Shown here piece by piece: positions 8,490 to 18,526 of a stretch of 64,000 nt of DNA (the stretch's first letter is position 1; each line of letters starts with the position of its first letter). Made by a program: the position numbers and the translations under genes. Source of the DNA: Dehalococcoidia bacterium (GTDB lineage: Bacteria; Chloroflexota; Dehalococcoidia; DSTF01; JACRBR01); NCBI GenBank assembly GCA_038227375.1, contig JBBRPY010000004.1:39565-103564 (forward strand), in the 5' to 3' direction. The notes beneath the pieces were generated by a model. That model was not told the DNA's origin and made no database searches. It was given only the letters and a program-made list of their open reading frames with translations.

Positions 8490-9236
8490 TCAGCTGCGGA
8501 AGATCGGCTCCGTCGTCGGCTGATCGCTGCCCGATGCCGGCTCTACCGTCACGGCGATCGGCGCGCTGCGGCTGGCATCGTAGGCGATGATCGCCGCCAC
8601 GTGGCCGGAAGCGTCGCCGTGCGCCAAACCGAGGCTGTCGGCGCGGCCCTTCTCGTTCAGCCGCCAGACCTGATACACCTTCGATGGGTCGAGCGGCGGG
8701 CGGTCGAAGAGCACGACGGCCTTGTCCTCGTTGGCGAAGCGGACGACGGTCGCGGCCGCTGCGCCTGCCGTCGAGGGGATCGCTTGCAGCGACGCTCGCG
8801 ACGCGAAGCGCTGCGCGTCGTCGTTGCCGCCGCCGGTGAGCAGCACGAGGTTCCACACCAGAAGGCCGGCCGCAAGCACGAACACGGCGGCAGCCGCGGC
8901 CCAGCCGTACGACGCAAATCGCGCGCGAGGCCGGATGCTGGCGCTGTCGCCCGCGCCGGTCCGCGCCGCCTGCTTGCGCTCGATGCTCCGAAACGCCGGC
9001 GCGCCTGCTTGCGGCTCACGCGCGACCGCGTCGAGCACGCGCGCTCGCAGGCCCGCCGGGGCGGCGGACACGCCTGCCAGCGCGGGCAGTTGCTCGGTCA
9101 GAGCGCGCAATTCCGCGGACGCGGTGGCGTGGGGTGCGCAGGCGCGGAGATGCGCGCGTACCTCGTCCGCCTCCGCGGGCGGCAGTGCATCGAGCGCGTA
9201 GGCGCCTAGCAGCGCTTCGGCTTCGTCGCAGTTCAT
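8490..9236 (-). CDS. anti-sigma factor (zf-HC2 N-terminus, RskA-like C-terminal domain)
   Basis: MNCDEAEALLGAYALDALPPAEADEVRAHLRAC, then a TM segment, then C-terminal VYQVWRLNEKG...IAVTVEPASGSDQPTTEPIF. Its ATG overlaps the sigma gene stop (ATGA). Confidence 0.8.
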   Translation of the reverse strand: MNCDEAEALLGAYALDALPPAEADEVRAHLRACAPHATASAELRALTEQLPALAGVSAAPAGLRARVLDAVAREPQAGAPAFRSIERKQAARTGAGDSASIRPRARFASYGWAAAAAVFVLAAGLLVWNLVLLTGGGNDDAQRFASRASLQAIPSTAGAAAATVVRFANEDKAVVLFDRPPLDPSKVYQVWRLNEKGRADSLGLAHGDASGHVAAIIAYDASRSAPIAVTVEPASGSDQPTTEPIFRS

Positions 9237-9760
9237 TCCGATCCCAACACCTTCGGCCGCAGATATTCGCGCATCTTGTCAAGCCCGATCCGCAGCCTGC
9301 TCTTCACCGTGCCCAGCGGCACGCCCATGCGTTCGGCGATCTCGACGTGCGTCAAACCCATGAAGTACGCCATTTCGATCGTCCGGCGCTGGTCATCGGG
9401 CACCAGATTCACCGCCGCGCGCACCGCCTCGGCATCCATCATCATCTCGGCCGCTTCTTCCGGCCGGCCGTACGTGGCGATGAACTCCTCCGGCCCTTCG
9501 GGGAGCGCGCGCTCGTTCCGGCCGCTCTTGCGCCGAATCGCATCGACCGACTTGTGGTGGACGATCGTCAGCAGCCATGACTTCACCTGTCCGCGCCCGG
9601 GGTCGAAGCGGCCGCACTGCTTCCAGACCGAGACGAACGCATCCTGCACCACATCTTCGGCCGTCGTGCCGTCGCTGGTGATGCGCAGCGCCAGCCCGTA
9701 GGCGACGCCGCTGTAGCGGTCGTAGAGGGCCGCGACCGCCTGTTGGTCGCCGCTCTGCAT
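9233..9760 (-). CDS. ECF-type RNA polymerase sigma-70 family factor
   Basis: Region 2 AEDVVQDAFVSVWKQ and region 4 QRRTIEMAYFMGLTHVEIAERMGVPLGTVKSRLRIGL. The start is uncertain. ATG 9760 is the minimal choice. CTG 9823 has a GGGAG site 6 nt upstream and would restore the usual N-terminus. Confidence 0.8.
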   Translation of the reverse strand: MQSGDQQAVAALYDRYSGVAYGLALRITSDGTTAEDVVQDAFVSVWKQCGRFDPGRGQVKSWLLTIVHHKSVDAIRRKSGRNERALPEGPEEFIATYGRPEEAAEMMMDAEAVRAAVNLVPDDQRRTIEMAYFMGLTHVEIAERMGVPLGTVKSRLRIGLDKMREYLRPKVLGSE

Positions 9761-10056
9761 CGAACGCAGCAGCCCGGCATCGTCCGTCTCTGCGTCTGTG
9801 GTTCGCGCGCCGTCCGTGTTCAGATCAGGCTCCCTGGCGGCTGCAATGTGGGGGTGAAGGTGACCGTCCGGCCTAATTCTATAACGCCGTTGACCAGATG
9901 TGAGGCGCGTCCTCTGGGGACGCCGACAGCTTCGGCTGCGGACGCTGCCGCGCGCGCTCGTCACGCAACCGCCGCACGCACGGCATCGCCTCTCGCCGGC
10001 ATCACAAACGAATGCGTCTGATTCTTTTCGACGCTGCGAAAGGGCATCGGGCGGAA

Positions 10057-11352
10057 TCACATCGCGGGCAGCCACGCTCCTGCGGTCCGCAGCGCCTGCT
10101 GCAGAGCCCCGACATCGATGTCCTGCACCGCAGTGCCGGCGCGCAGCGCATGGGTCGCCGCGATGCCGGCGGCTTCGCCCGTCGCGAACGCCGGCGGGAT
10201 CTCCTTGGTGGCGTGGTGGGCGCGGTGGTCGACGCTGATGCAGCGGCCGGCGACCAGCAGGTTCGACGAGCGCTTCGGCAGTAGGCTTCGATAGGGGATG
10301 TGGTAGAGCGCGCCGTACTTGGTCCAGTGGCCCGTGGTGGCGATGGTGTCCTCGAAGACGGTGCCTGCGTCTTCTCGCTTCAGCGTGTACGCGCCGTCAA
10401 GCCGCCGCGACTCTGTCACACCGAGTGTCAGCGCGACGTCGGTGAGGTACGCATCCTCGAAGCCGGGCGCGGCAGCGCGCAGGCGCGCCGCCTCCTCCAT
10501 CACCAGCCGGCGGCACTCGACCTCGGCGAAGCTCAGGTCATCCGGGTTGGTCGCGTCGATGCGGCGGGCGATGCGCTCGGCCGCGCCCCAGGGCAGCAGC
10601 ACCTGGCCGGGCATGACGGTCTTGAAGAAGAAGCCGTCGCCCCTGGATTGCGCCGCATCAACGTCACGTACGCCGGACATCCGGAACCAGAGCCAGGGAT
10701 GAATCTGTTCCTTCTCCGATGTCTCGCCCGCCATGTCGAAGACGTCGCCATCGCCCGTCGCGTCGATGACCTGCGACGCGCGGACCGCCTGTCGGCCTGC
10801 CTTCGACGTGAAGACGACGTGCGAGATGCGGCCAGCGGGTCTTCCGTGCGGGCGGTCTATCTCGTAGACAACGCCGCTCGCCCAGCGATGGTACATCAGG
10901 CGCACCTTCGCCTCGGCGACCCAGGTGTTTGCGACGAACTTGAACTCCTCCGGGTCGTAGGCGACGGAGTAGCGCACGCGGTGCGGCCCGGAACCCCAGA
11001 CGAGACCCCAGCGGCGATACTGTTCGATCAGCGCTTCGTCGCGGCTGCCCCACTGATCTGTCGGCGGGTAAAAGCAGGCGCCCCGCGCCTCCAGCCGCTC
11101 GACGAGCTCCTGACACTGGCCGGCAACCACCTGGCGACCATCGCCATCGTCGAGCGTCAGGAGCAAGACGATGAGGCCGCCGGACGCGAGGCCGCCGAGA
11201 TAGCCGTAGCGCTCGACAAGGATCACGTCCGCGCCCTGACGCGCCGCCGCGATCGCGGCCGATATACCGGCTGCACCGCCACCGACCACAAGCACATCGC
11301 AGGCGGCGATGACGGGCACTCGCTCTTGCGGGAGGGTGACATAGTCGGCCAT
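10057..11352 (-). CDS. FAD-dependent oxidoreductase
   Basis: N-terminal dinucleotide fold CDVLVVGGGAAGISAAIAAARQGADVILVERYGYLGGLASGG in a 431-aa ORF. Confidence 0.75.
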   Translation of the reverse strand: MADYVTLPQERVPVIAACDVLVVGGGAAGISAAIAAARQGADVILVERYGYLGGLASGGLIVLLLTLDDGDGRQVVAGQCQELVERLEARGACFYPPTDQWGSRDEALIEQYRRWGLVWGSGPHRVRYSVAYDPEEFKFVANTWVAEAKVRLMYHRWASGVVYEIDRPHGRPAGRISHVVFTSKAGRQAVRASQVIDATGDGDVFDMAGETSEKEQIHPWLWFRMSGVRDVDAAQSRGDGFFFKTVMPGQVLLPWGAAERIARRIDATNPDDLSFAEVECRRLVMEEAARLRAAAPGFEDAYLTDVALTLGVTESRRLDGAYTLKREDAGTVFEDTIATTGHWTKYGALYHIPYRSLLPKRSSNLLVAGRCISVDHRAHHATKEIPPAFATGEAAGIAATHALRAGTAVQDIDVGALQQALRTAGAWLPAM

Positions 11353-11402
11353 GCCGGGATGGTACCGCGCAAGCGGCCGGATTCCGCGCAGAGGCTCGGG
11401 GC

Positions 11403-11876
11403 TTAGTTTGCGGGTGTTGGTTCGGCCGGAGGGCCGCCCAGCGTGCCGGGCGCGTCGAGCTGCTCGAACAACTGGAAGAGGACGCCGCCCGAGGCCTTCG
11501 GGTGGATGAACATCTCCTTCCAGTCCCAGCTCACCCGCGGGCCGCCAAACGGCTCGATGCCGCGCTCTCGGCAGCCGTTGGCGGCGCGGTCAGCGTCGGC
11601 GACCTCCAGCGTTACATGGTGGAGGCCCGGCCCCCGCTCCCGCAGAAACTTGGCGATGAAACTGTCGTCCCCGATCGGCTCCAGGATCTCCCACTGCATC
11701 TGGCGCTGGCCATCGGCGCCCGGCACATCGAGGACGACGCCCGCAAACCCCGCCTCTTCGTTGCGGAAGCGGCCGGCCTCCTTCCAGCCGAAGAGTTCGG
11801 TGAAGAACGGCAGTTGATCGTCGATCTTCCAGACCGCCATGCTGACGTGATCGACGCGCTTCAGTCCGATCGCCAC
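11403..11876 (-). CDS. VOC family protein (methylmalonyl-CoA epimerase-like)
   Basis: Contains VDHVSMAVWKIDDQLPFFTELFGW...GLHHVTLEVADADRAANGCRERGIEPF. Confidence 0.65.
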   Translation of the reverse strand: MAIGLKRVDHVSMAVWKIDDQLPFFTELFGWKEAGRFRNEEAGFAGVVLDVPGADGQRQMQWEILEPIGDDSFIAKFLRERGPGLHHVTLEVADADRAANGCRERGIEPFGGPRVSWDWKEMFIHPKASGGVLFQLFEQLDAPGTLGGPPAEPTPAN

Positions 11877-12078
11877 AGTACCCCCTTCGATGCGCTCCCC
11901 GCAACGAGAGATGCGGCGGCGCGCGCGCTTGCCGTCCGCTCGTCACAGTGAAGCAGCTTTCGCGACGGAGGACATCTCCCGCTCGCGGGCATCGCTGCCG
12001 TCCTCGCGGTCGTAGGCAGTACAGGGCCGCAATCTATACTGGTGCCCGGCCGAGGGCCCATAGGAGACACACGCGATC

Positions 12079-13887
12079 ATGCATGCGCGCAGAGCCGTCC
12101 CCCTTGCCGCGCTGGCGCTGTTGCTGGCCGCCCTAGCGGCAGCGGGAGGCGTCTTCCTCTCTCGCCGGGGCGGTGGCACCAGCCCGGGCGGAAGCGGCGT
12201 GCCGTTCCATCTCGAGCGCCCCGCGGCCGCCTACGCCGACACTCAGATCTGCTCCGTCCTCAAGTTGGGTGGCAGCGAGGCGGGCGTTAGCGGTCAGGAC
12301 GGCGGCACCACCAACGTCGTCGACGGCCGGTCGTACTGGACCTTCGGCGACACCATCCTGCAGGGCGGTGGCGTGCTGCCGAACAACGTCGGCTTCAGCA
12401 CGGATACGAACCCCGACGACTGCATCGACATCACGCGCAAGGCAGACGCCTCCGGTACGGCGGCGCCCCTGCTGCAGAAACTCGATGATGAAGTAACGGT
12501 GTGGCCGGCGGCCGGGCAGGTATCCGTGCAGCCAGGCTCCGTCCATTTTCTGTTCGAGTCGGTGGCGAACGCCGATTCGAAGACGGGGCGCTACAATTTC
12601 CGGCGCATCGGGCTCGGCAAGTTCGACCCGGGTTCGATGAATGGCACGCGCGTGATCGCAAACCTAATCGACGCAGGCGCGTTCCCGGGGCATGCGTTCT
12701 CGCTCACGCCGGCGACCGACATGCTCGTCTCGGAGGGCTACGTCTACATCTACTTCGCGGTCGACTGGAATGCCCGCGTCGGGCGCGTGCCGGTCGCGTC
12801 GATCGAGGACAAGGCCGCCTATCGCTACTGGAACGGCTCGGACTGGGCTGCCGACGTCGCGCAATCGATCGACATTCTGCAAACGGCGGGCGGCCAGCAG
12901 GCCTTCAACGTCGACTACAATCCGTACCTCAAGAAGTGGACGGCGATGTACTCCACCAACACGCTGACCGCCGTCGCCATCGCCTACGCCGATGCGCCGG
13001 CAGGTCCCTTCACGGACGAGACGCTTCTCCTCGACTGCAAGGCGATCTTTCGAAACCCAACGCTGGCCTGGGCAAAGCGCCGGCGCCTCTTCCCGGCGGT
13101 CGCGCTCTCGTACCTGTGCTACCACGCGACGCAGCACCCGGAGTTCGACAAGAATGGGCGTCAGGCGCTGTACATCACCTACGGAAACACGGCATCGTAC
13201 ACGCTCTGGCTGCACAAGATCGTCCTCGCCGTGCCATTCGTGCAGTGGGATGATGTGGCGGGCCGCACCTCGTACGCGCGCGGCGGAAACGAGGTCGCGG
13301 CTGCCGCACGTCAGGGTGTGGCGTTTTACGCGCCGACCGAACCGGATGCCTCGCTCGCTCCCGTACACGACTGGCTCGATCCGACGTCCCGCGTGCACCG
13401 CTACGAAGTCGATCCGCCGGGGGGCGCCTACACCGACAACGGCGTCGCGTTTTACGCCGCGACGTCTCCGCAGCCCGGGCTGGAGCCGGTGACGAGATGG
13501 CAGTCGACCACCGACGAGAACCGCGTGGTGTACTCGACGTTCGACCTCGAGCAAGCCGGGTATACACGCGGTTCCGTGGGCTTTTACGCCGCTACGCTCG
13601 AAGGCCAGACCCCAGTCGACACCGAGCACGGCTACGTGTACTGGGTACACGAGCAGGGCGCGCAGGACTTCGGGTGCTGCAACCAGACGAACAATCCGAC
13701 CCGGCAGACGCAGGAACCTTCGCAGTCATTCACGCTATCGGTCGACCCGAACCCCAACGGCTACGAAGGCGTCGTCTGCTCTCCTGTTTGCGGCACTGGC
13801 GGCAAGGTGGTCTGGTCCGGCCCGGTCACGTTCTCGCCGAATCAGAAGGGTGGCAAGCTGACGCTGACGCCAAAGGGCCAGAAGTGA
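12079..13887 (+). CDS. secreted protein: DUF4185-like beta-propeller domain plus three C-terminal (V/G)(A/G)FYA repeats
   Basis: Signal peptide MHARRAVPLAALALLLAALAAAGG and the hallmark DGRSYWTFGDT. The repeats are GVAFYAPTEPDASLAPVHDWLD, GVAFYAATSPQPGLEPVTRWQS and SVGFYAATLEGQTPVD. Confidence 0.6.
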   Translation: MHARRAVPLAALALLLAALAAAGGVFLSRRGGGTSPGGSGVPFHLERPAAAYADTQICSVLKLGGSEAGVSGQDGGTTNVVDGRSYWTFGDTILQGGGVLPNNVGFSTDTNPDDCIDITRKADASGTAAPLLQKLDDEVTVWPAAGQVSVQPGSVHFLFESVANADSKTGRYNFRRIGLGKFDPGSMNGTRVIANLIDAGAFPGHAFSLTPATDMLVSEGYVYIYFAVDWNARVGRVPVASIEDKAAYRYWNGSDWAADVAQSIDILQTAGGQQAFNVDYNPYLKKWTAMYSTNTLTAVAIAYADAPAGPFTDETLLLDCKAIFRNPTLAWAKRRRLFPAVALSYLCYHATQHPEFDKNGRQALYITYGNTASYTLWLHKIVLAVPFVQWDDVAGRTSYARGGNEVAAAARQGVAFYAPTEPDASLAPVHDWLDPTSRVHRYEVDPPGGAYTDNGVAFYAATSPQPGLEPVTRWQSTTDENRVVYSTFDLEQAGYTRGSVGFYAATLEGQTPVDTEHGYVYWVHEQGAQDFGCCNQTNNPTRQTQEPSQSFTLSVDPNPNGYEGVVCSPVCGTGGKVVWSGPVTFSPNQKGGKLTLTPKGQK

Positions 13888-13912
13888 CCGGCGCGGTGCA
13901 ATCGCCGGGATC

Positions 13913-13948
13913 AAAGAGCGGGCGGATCGGTCCGCCGCGCTTGCTCTT
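13913..13948. terminator. hairpin between convergent genes (possible bidirectional terminator)
   Basis: Inner stem GGCGGA-tcgg-TCCGCC nested in an outer stem AAGAGC/GCTCTT. The U-tracts are weak. Confidence 0.3.
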
Positions 13949-13964
13949 CTGTGCGCCGTGCGTC

Positions 13965-16433
13965 TTATGAAGCGACGCTCATCGGCTCGCGCTCTTCCTC
14001 CGCGCGGCGTGGCGACTTCGAGAAGATGAAGTCGCTGTCGACGAAGTCGACCCGCGCGATATCGCCGTCGGCGAACTCGCCCGCAAGGATCTGTTTCGCG
14101 AGCGGGTTCTCGATCCGGCGCTGCACGGTGCGGCGCAGCGGCCGCGCGCCGTACTGGCGGTCGAAGCCTTCGCGCACCAGCGCTTGCTTCGCAGCCTCCG
14201 TCGCTTCGAAGTCCACCTGACGGTCGGCGAGCCGCTTGCGCACCTCGTTCAGCATCAGCTCGACGATGCGCTCCAGCTCCTTCTCGGTCAGCGGCTCGAA
14301 AATGACAATCTCGTCCACGCGGTTCAGGAACTCCGGCCGGAAGGCCTCCCGCAGCGCTTTCTCGATCGTCTCCTGGCGCACTTCCCGCTGGCCGTCGTCG
14401 GCGGCTCGGCTGGTGACGAACCCAAAGCGCCCCCTCGCATCAGAGCTGGTGCCGAGGTTCGACGTCATGATGATCACGGTGTTCCGGAAGTCCACCGTGC
14501 GCCCCTGGCCGTCGGTCAGCCGCCCGTCGTCCAGGATCTGGAGCAGCAGGTTGAAGAGGTCCGGGTGCGCCTTCTCGATCTCGTCGAACAGGATCACCCG
14601 ATATGGGCGCCGGCGGACGGCTTCCGTGAGCCCGCCACCCTCGTCGTAGCCGACATAGCCCGGCGGCGCGCCGACAATGCGCGACACCGTGTGCCGTTCC
14701 TGGTACTCCGACATGTCAAGCCGGATCATCGACTCTTCGTCATCGAACAGGTAGCCGGCCAGCGCGCGCGCCAGCTCGGTCTTGCCGACGCCCGTCGGTC
14801 CGAGGAAGATGAAGCTGCCGATCGGCCGCTTCGGGTCCTTCAGGCCGGAGCGTGCCCGGCGCAGCGCCTCGGACACGGCCTCGACGGCCTTGTCCTGGCC
14901 GATCACGCGCTCGTGCAGCGCCTCCTCCATGTGCAGCAGCTTCTCTGCTTCGCCCTCCATCATCCGGTGTACCGGGATGCCCGTCATCGTGGCGATCAGT
15001 TCGGCGATGTCGTGCTCGGTCACGGTCATGTCCGCCGTGTGCGTCTTCTCCCACTCATCCTTCGCTACGTCGTATTCGCTCTGCAGGCTCAGCACTTCCT
15101 GGCGGATGCGCGCTGCCGCCTCGTAGTCCTGGCGGCCGGCAGCGGCTTCGGTCTGGCGGCTCAGCTCGTCGAGCCGCTCTTTCAGCTCGCGCAGCTCCGG
15201 CGTCATCGATTGCTGCTCGATGACGTGCTTGCTCGCCGCCTCATCGATGAGGTCGATCGCCTTGTCGGGCAAAAACCGCTCGGTGAGATAGCGGTCGCCG
15301 AGCCGCGCGGCGGCGACCAGCGCGTCGTCGGAAATCTGCACCTTGTGATGCGCCTCGTACTTTGGGCGCAGGCCGCGTAGGATCTCGATCGTCTCGTCTG
15401 CGGTCGGTTCGTCCAGGAACACCGGCGAGAAGCGCCGCTCGAGGGCGGGGTCCTTCTCGATGTGCTTCCGATACTCATCGAGCGTCGTGGCGCCGATCAC
15501 CCGCAGCTCGCCGCGAGCGAGCGCCGGCTTCATCATCGTGCTGGCATCGATCGCCCCCTCAGCGGCGCCCGCGCCGACCACCTGATGCAGCTCATCGATG
15601 AAGACGATAATCTCGCCTTCGGCGCGGCGGATCTCATCCATCACCGACTTCAGGCGCTCTTCGAATTCCCCACGGAACTTCGAGCCCGCCACCATCGCGC
15701 CGATGTCGAGCGCCAGCACGCGCTTCTCCTTGATGTTCTCCGGCACGTCGCCGACGACGATCTTCTGCGCCAGCCCTTCGACCACGGCGGTCTTGCCGAC
15801 GCCGGCCTCGCCGATGATGACGGGGTTGTTCTTCGTCCGCCGGTTCAGGATCTGCATGACGCGCTTGATCTCCTGATCGCGGCCGATGACGGGGTCCAGC
15901 TTGCCGTCGCGGGCGTACTGCGTCAGGTCGTTGCTATACTTCTCTAGGGCGCCGTAGCGGCTCTCGGCATTGGGCGAATCGACGCGCGCGCTGCCCCGGA
16001 TCTCCTGCAGGGCCCGGTAGATCTTCTCCTTGTCGATGTTGAACTCGCGGAAGATGCGCGCGATGTCGCCCTCGCGCTCGTCGGCGATGGCAATCAGCAG
16101 GTGCTCGACGCCAACGTACTCATCCTTGAGCCGCTCGGACTCGGCGTTGGCGGTCTCCAGCATCTTGACGATACGCGGCGTCGTGTACACCTGCACCACG
16201 TCGTAGGCGAGCTTCGGCGCGCGGGCGAGCGTATCGGCGACGCGCCCGGTCAGCGCCCGGACGTCGATACCCATGCGGTCGAGGATCTGCCCGGCGAGCC
16301 CCTGCCGGTGCTGGAGCAGCGCGAGCAGCACGTGCTCCACATCCCACTGCGAATGCCGCTGCGTGCGGACCATCTCTTGTGAGGCCGCCAGCACTTCTTG
16401 CGCCTGCTGCGTAAATCGATCTTGTCTCATCAT
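13965..16433 (-). CDS. clpB: ATP-dependent chaperone ClpB
   Basis: 822 aa. Clp N-domain, two AAA+ modules ([15 protein letters not shown]; [15 protein letters not shown]) and a coiled-coil middle domain. Confidence 0.97.
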   Translation of the reverse strand: MMRQDRFTQQAQEVLAASQEMVRTQRHSQWDVEHVLLALLQHRQGLAGQILDRMGIDVRALTGRVADTLARAPKLAYDVVQVYTTPRIVKMLETANAESERLKDEYVGVEHLLIAIADEREGDIARIFREFNIDKEKIYRALQEIRGSARVDSPNAESRYGALEKYSNDLTQYARDGKLDPVIGRDQEIKRVMQILNRRTKNNPVIIGEAGVGKTAVVEGLAQKIVVGDVPENIKEKRVLALDIGAMVAGSKFRGEFEERLKSVMDEIRRAEGEIIVFIDELHQVVGAGAAEGAIDASTMMKPALARGELRVIGATTLDEYRKHIEKDPALERRFSPVFLDEPTADETIEILRGLRPKYEAHHKVQISDDALVAAARLGDRYLTERFLPDKAIDLIDEAASKHVIEQQSMTPELRELKERLDELSRQTEAAAGRQDYEAAARIRQEVLSLQSEYDVAKDEWEKTHTADMTVTEHDIAELIATMTGIPVHRMMEGEAEKLLHMEEALHERVIGQDKAVEAVSEALRRARSGLKDPKRPIGSFIFLGPTGVGKTELARALAGYLFDDEESMIRLDMSEYQERHTVSRIVGAPPGYVGYDEGGGLTEAVRRRPYRVILFDEIEKAHPDLFNLLLQILDDGRLTDGQGRTVDFRNTVIIMTSNLGTSSDARGRFGFVTSRAADDGQREVRQETIEKALREAFRPEFLNRVDEIVIFEPLTEKELERIVELMLNEVRKRLADRQVDFEATEAAKQALVREGFDRQYGARPLRRTVQRRIENPLAKQILAGEFADGDIARVDFVDSDFIFSKSPRRAEEEREPMSVAS

Positions 16434-16488
16434 GCGCGTCTCTCCTGCGGCGTCCTACCCGTGACTTCGTGGCAATGGTCAACTGCGG

Positions 16489-16845
16489 CTACTCCCTCGC
16501 TGCCGGCAGCCGGCGGTCGCGCAGGCGCTGCACCTCGCGCTGTAGCCGTTCGTTCTCGGCTTCGGCGGCCTGCAGGCGTTCGCTCATGCGCAGCACCACT
16601 TCGGCGCCGGCGGGGTTCAGCCCCAGGTCGTTGATCAGCCGCTGCACCTGCCGCAGGCGCGCGACGTCGGCCCGCGAGTAGAGGCGGATGTTGCCCTGCG
16701 AGCGCTTTGGCTCGACGAGCCCGATGCGCTCGTACTGCCGCAACGTCTGCGCGTGCATGCCGGTCATCCGCGCCACGATGGAGATCACGTAACACGGCTC
16801 CTCGATGTCAAATGCGTCGTCCTGGTCCACGTCCGAGTGCCTCAT
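16489..16845 (-). CDS. hspR: MerR-family heat-shock repressor HspR
   Basis: YVISIVARMTGMHAQTLRQYERIGLVEPKRSQGNIRLYSRADVARLRQVQRL. It lies directly after dnaJ and before clpB. The start is taken at ATG 16845 (MRHSD) to avoid overlapping dnaJ. Confidence 0.85.
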   Translation of the reverse strand: MRHSDVDQDDAFDIEEPCYVISIVARMTGMHAQTLRQYERIGLVEPKRSQGNIRLYSRADVARLRQVQRLINDLGLNPAGAEVVLRMSERLQAAEAENERLQREVQRLRDRRLPAARE

Positions 16846-16855
16846 CTGATGTTGC

Positions 16856-17851
16856 CTACACGCCCGCGGCGTGCAGCTCCTCGAAGATCCGCCGCTGGTC
16901 CTCATCGAGTTCCGCCGGCAACTGCACCCGGACGCGCGCGTGCAGGTCGCCGCGGCCCTCCTTGCCGAGCCGCGGCATGCCAAGGCCGCTGAGCTTGAAC
17001 GCGCGCCCGTTCTGCGTCAGCTCCGGGATCTTCAGCATCACCTTGCCCGTAAGCGTCGGAACCTCCACCTCGCCGCCAAGCACCGCCACGGTGAGCGGCA
17101 CGTCGGCGTCTTCGCTGAGATCGTCGCCCTTGCGTTCGAAGCGCGGGTGCGGGCGAACCGAGATCGCAAGCAGGAGGTCGCCCTTCACGCCGCCGCCCAT
17201 GCCGGGCTGGCCCTCGTGCGCCATGCGTACCTTCGATCCGCTGGTCACGCCGGCCGGAATCTTCACTTCGAGTCGGCGGGGGCGCTGCAGCTCGCCGTAG
17301 CCGCCGCATGTGTGGCAGGTGGCGCCGGCGATCTCGCCTGTGCCGCCACACGTCGGGCAGGCTTCCAGGCCGGTCATTTCGAGCATGCGGGTCGTGCCGT
17401 GGAAGGCTTCTTCGAGCGTGATCTCGACGGGCTGCTGGACGTCGGCGCCGCGCCGCGACATCGTGCGCGTGCCGGCGCCGCCACGGCCAAACATGCTTCC
17501 GAAGATGCCACCCAGATCGCCGAGGTCGTTCAGGTCTTCGACGCGAAACTGGCCGCCGCCGCCGCGGCCGCCGTTCGCGCCGGCGAACCGCCCACCGCGC
17601 TCTCGCTGCGCCTCTTCGATCTGGTCCGCGTACTCCCAGCGGTCGCCGTACTTGTCGTACTTCTTGCGCTTGTCGGCGTCGGACAGCACCTCATACGCGC
17701 TGTTGATCTCTTTGAACCGGGCATCGCCGCTCTTGTCGCCCGGATTCACGTCCGGGTGATACTTGCGGGCGAGCTTCCGATAGGCGGAGCGGACCTCCTT
17801 CGCCGAGGCGTCGCGCTTCACCCCCAGGGTCGCATAGAGGTTCGTTGCCAT
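16856..17851 (-). CDS. dnaJ: molecular chaperone DnaJ (only two CxxCxGxG motifs)
   Basis: J domain YATLGVKRDASAKEVRSAYRKLARKYHPDVNPGD, a G/F-rich region, CPTCGGTG and CHTCGGYG, then the C-terminal substrate-binding domains. Confidence 0.93.
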   Translation of the reverse strand: MATNLYATLGVKRDASAKEVRSAYRKLARKYHPDVNPGDKSGDARFKEINSAYEVLSDADKRKKYDKYGDRWEYADQIEEAQRERGGRFAGANGGRGGGGQFRVEDLNDLGDLGGIFGSMFGRGGAGTRTMSRRGADVQQPVEITLEEAFHGTTRMLEMTGLEACPTCGGTGEIAGATCHTCGGYGELQRPRRLEVKIPAGVTSGSKVRMAHEGQPGMGGGVKGDLLLAISVRPHPRFERKGDDLSEDADVPLTVAVLGGEVEVPTLTGKVMLKIPELTQNGRAFKLSGLGMPRLGKEGRGDLHARVRVQLPAELDEDQRRIFEELHAAGV

Positions 17852-17857
17852 ACGCCG

Positions 17858-17886
17858 ATTGTATCTGAGCCGAGCGGTGATAGCAA
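17858..17886 (-). promoter_or_regulatory. candidate sigma-70 promoter of dnaJ-hspR-clpB giving a (near-)leaderless transcript
   Basis: On the minus strand: TTGCTA, 17 nt, TACAAT, then 6 nt to the dnaJ ATG. There is no Shine-Dalgarno site. Confidence 0.35.
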
Positions 17887-17965
17887 GTTAGCGGCCTGAT
17901 TGACCGCAATAACTCTGCTACGTATCATATCAAAGGTGTGGCACGAGTCGAGGCGGCCGCAACGC

Positions 17966-18358
17966 CTAAACCGGCGCCTTGATTCGCCACGGCGGATTCA
18001 GCCGGTTGTCGCCCGCCGAGTACAAGCGCAGCTCATGGCCGTCCGGGTCCCTCAGGCGCGCCTCGCGCCAGAGATAGAACATGTCCTGCGGGTCCTCCTC
18101 GAAGACGATGCCCTTGGACTTCAGACCGGCGACGGCGTCATCGAGCGCGTCGCATTCGAAGTACAGCGTCGTACCGTGAGGTGACACTTTGGAGTCGCCG
18201 GCCATCACCTCGACCGACAGCGTCGCGTCGCCCTCCGGGAGCATGAAGCGAGCGTAGCGCGCCGGCGAATCGACGATTTGTATCAGCCCCAACGTGAGAT
18301 AGAACACCTTTGACCGCTCCAGGTCGGCGACAGACAGGGTGATGTGGTTGAATCGCAT
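17966..18358 (-). CDS. VOC (glyoxalase) family protein
   Basis: Contains MRFNHITLSVADLERSKVFYLTLGL...LYFECDALDDAVAGLKSKGIVFEEDPQD...RLRDPDGHELRLY. Confidence 0.85.
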   Translation of the reverse strand: MRFNHITLSVADLERSKVFYLTLGLIQIVDSPARYARFMLPEGDATLSVEVMAGDSKVSPHGTTLYFECDALDDAVAGLKSKGIVFEEDPQDMFYLWREARLRDPDGHELRLYSAGDNRLNPPWRIKAPV

Positions 18359-18526
18359 TGGTGGCCTCCCGAGCCTCTGGCGTCGCGTCTCCGTCCATCA
18401 TCGCCCGAGCGGCCGCCTCGCGCACCCGCCTACGGATGTATCCGATCTCCGCCGTCTGGCGTATGGCGCGGCGTCGCTCGCGAGCTCGTCGCGCGGTGTG
18501 AGCGAAGAACGCAGGTGCGCTGCGCG

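Noticed and set aside
17910-17938. Plus-strand promoter-like TTGACC-17-TATCAT
   Set aside because: It points into the antisense strand of the VOC gene at 17966-18358 with no plus-strand gene downstream. It is probably fortuitous, although an antisense transcript is not excluded.
17852-17965. HspR operator (HAIR, CTTGAGT-N7-ACTCAAG) upstream of dnaJ
   Set aside because: I searched both strands by eye and found no inverted repeat close to the consensus.
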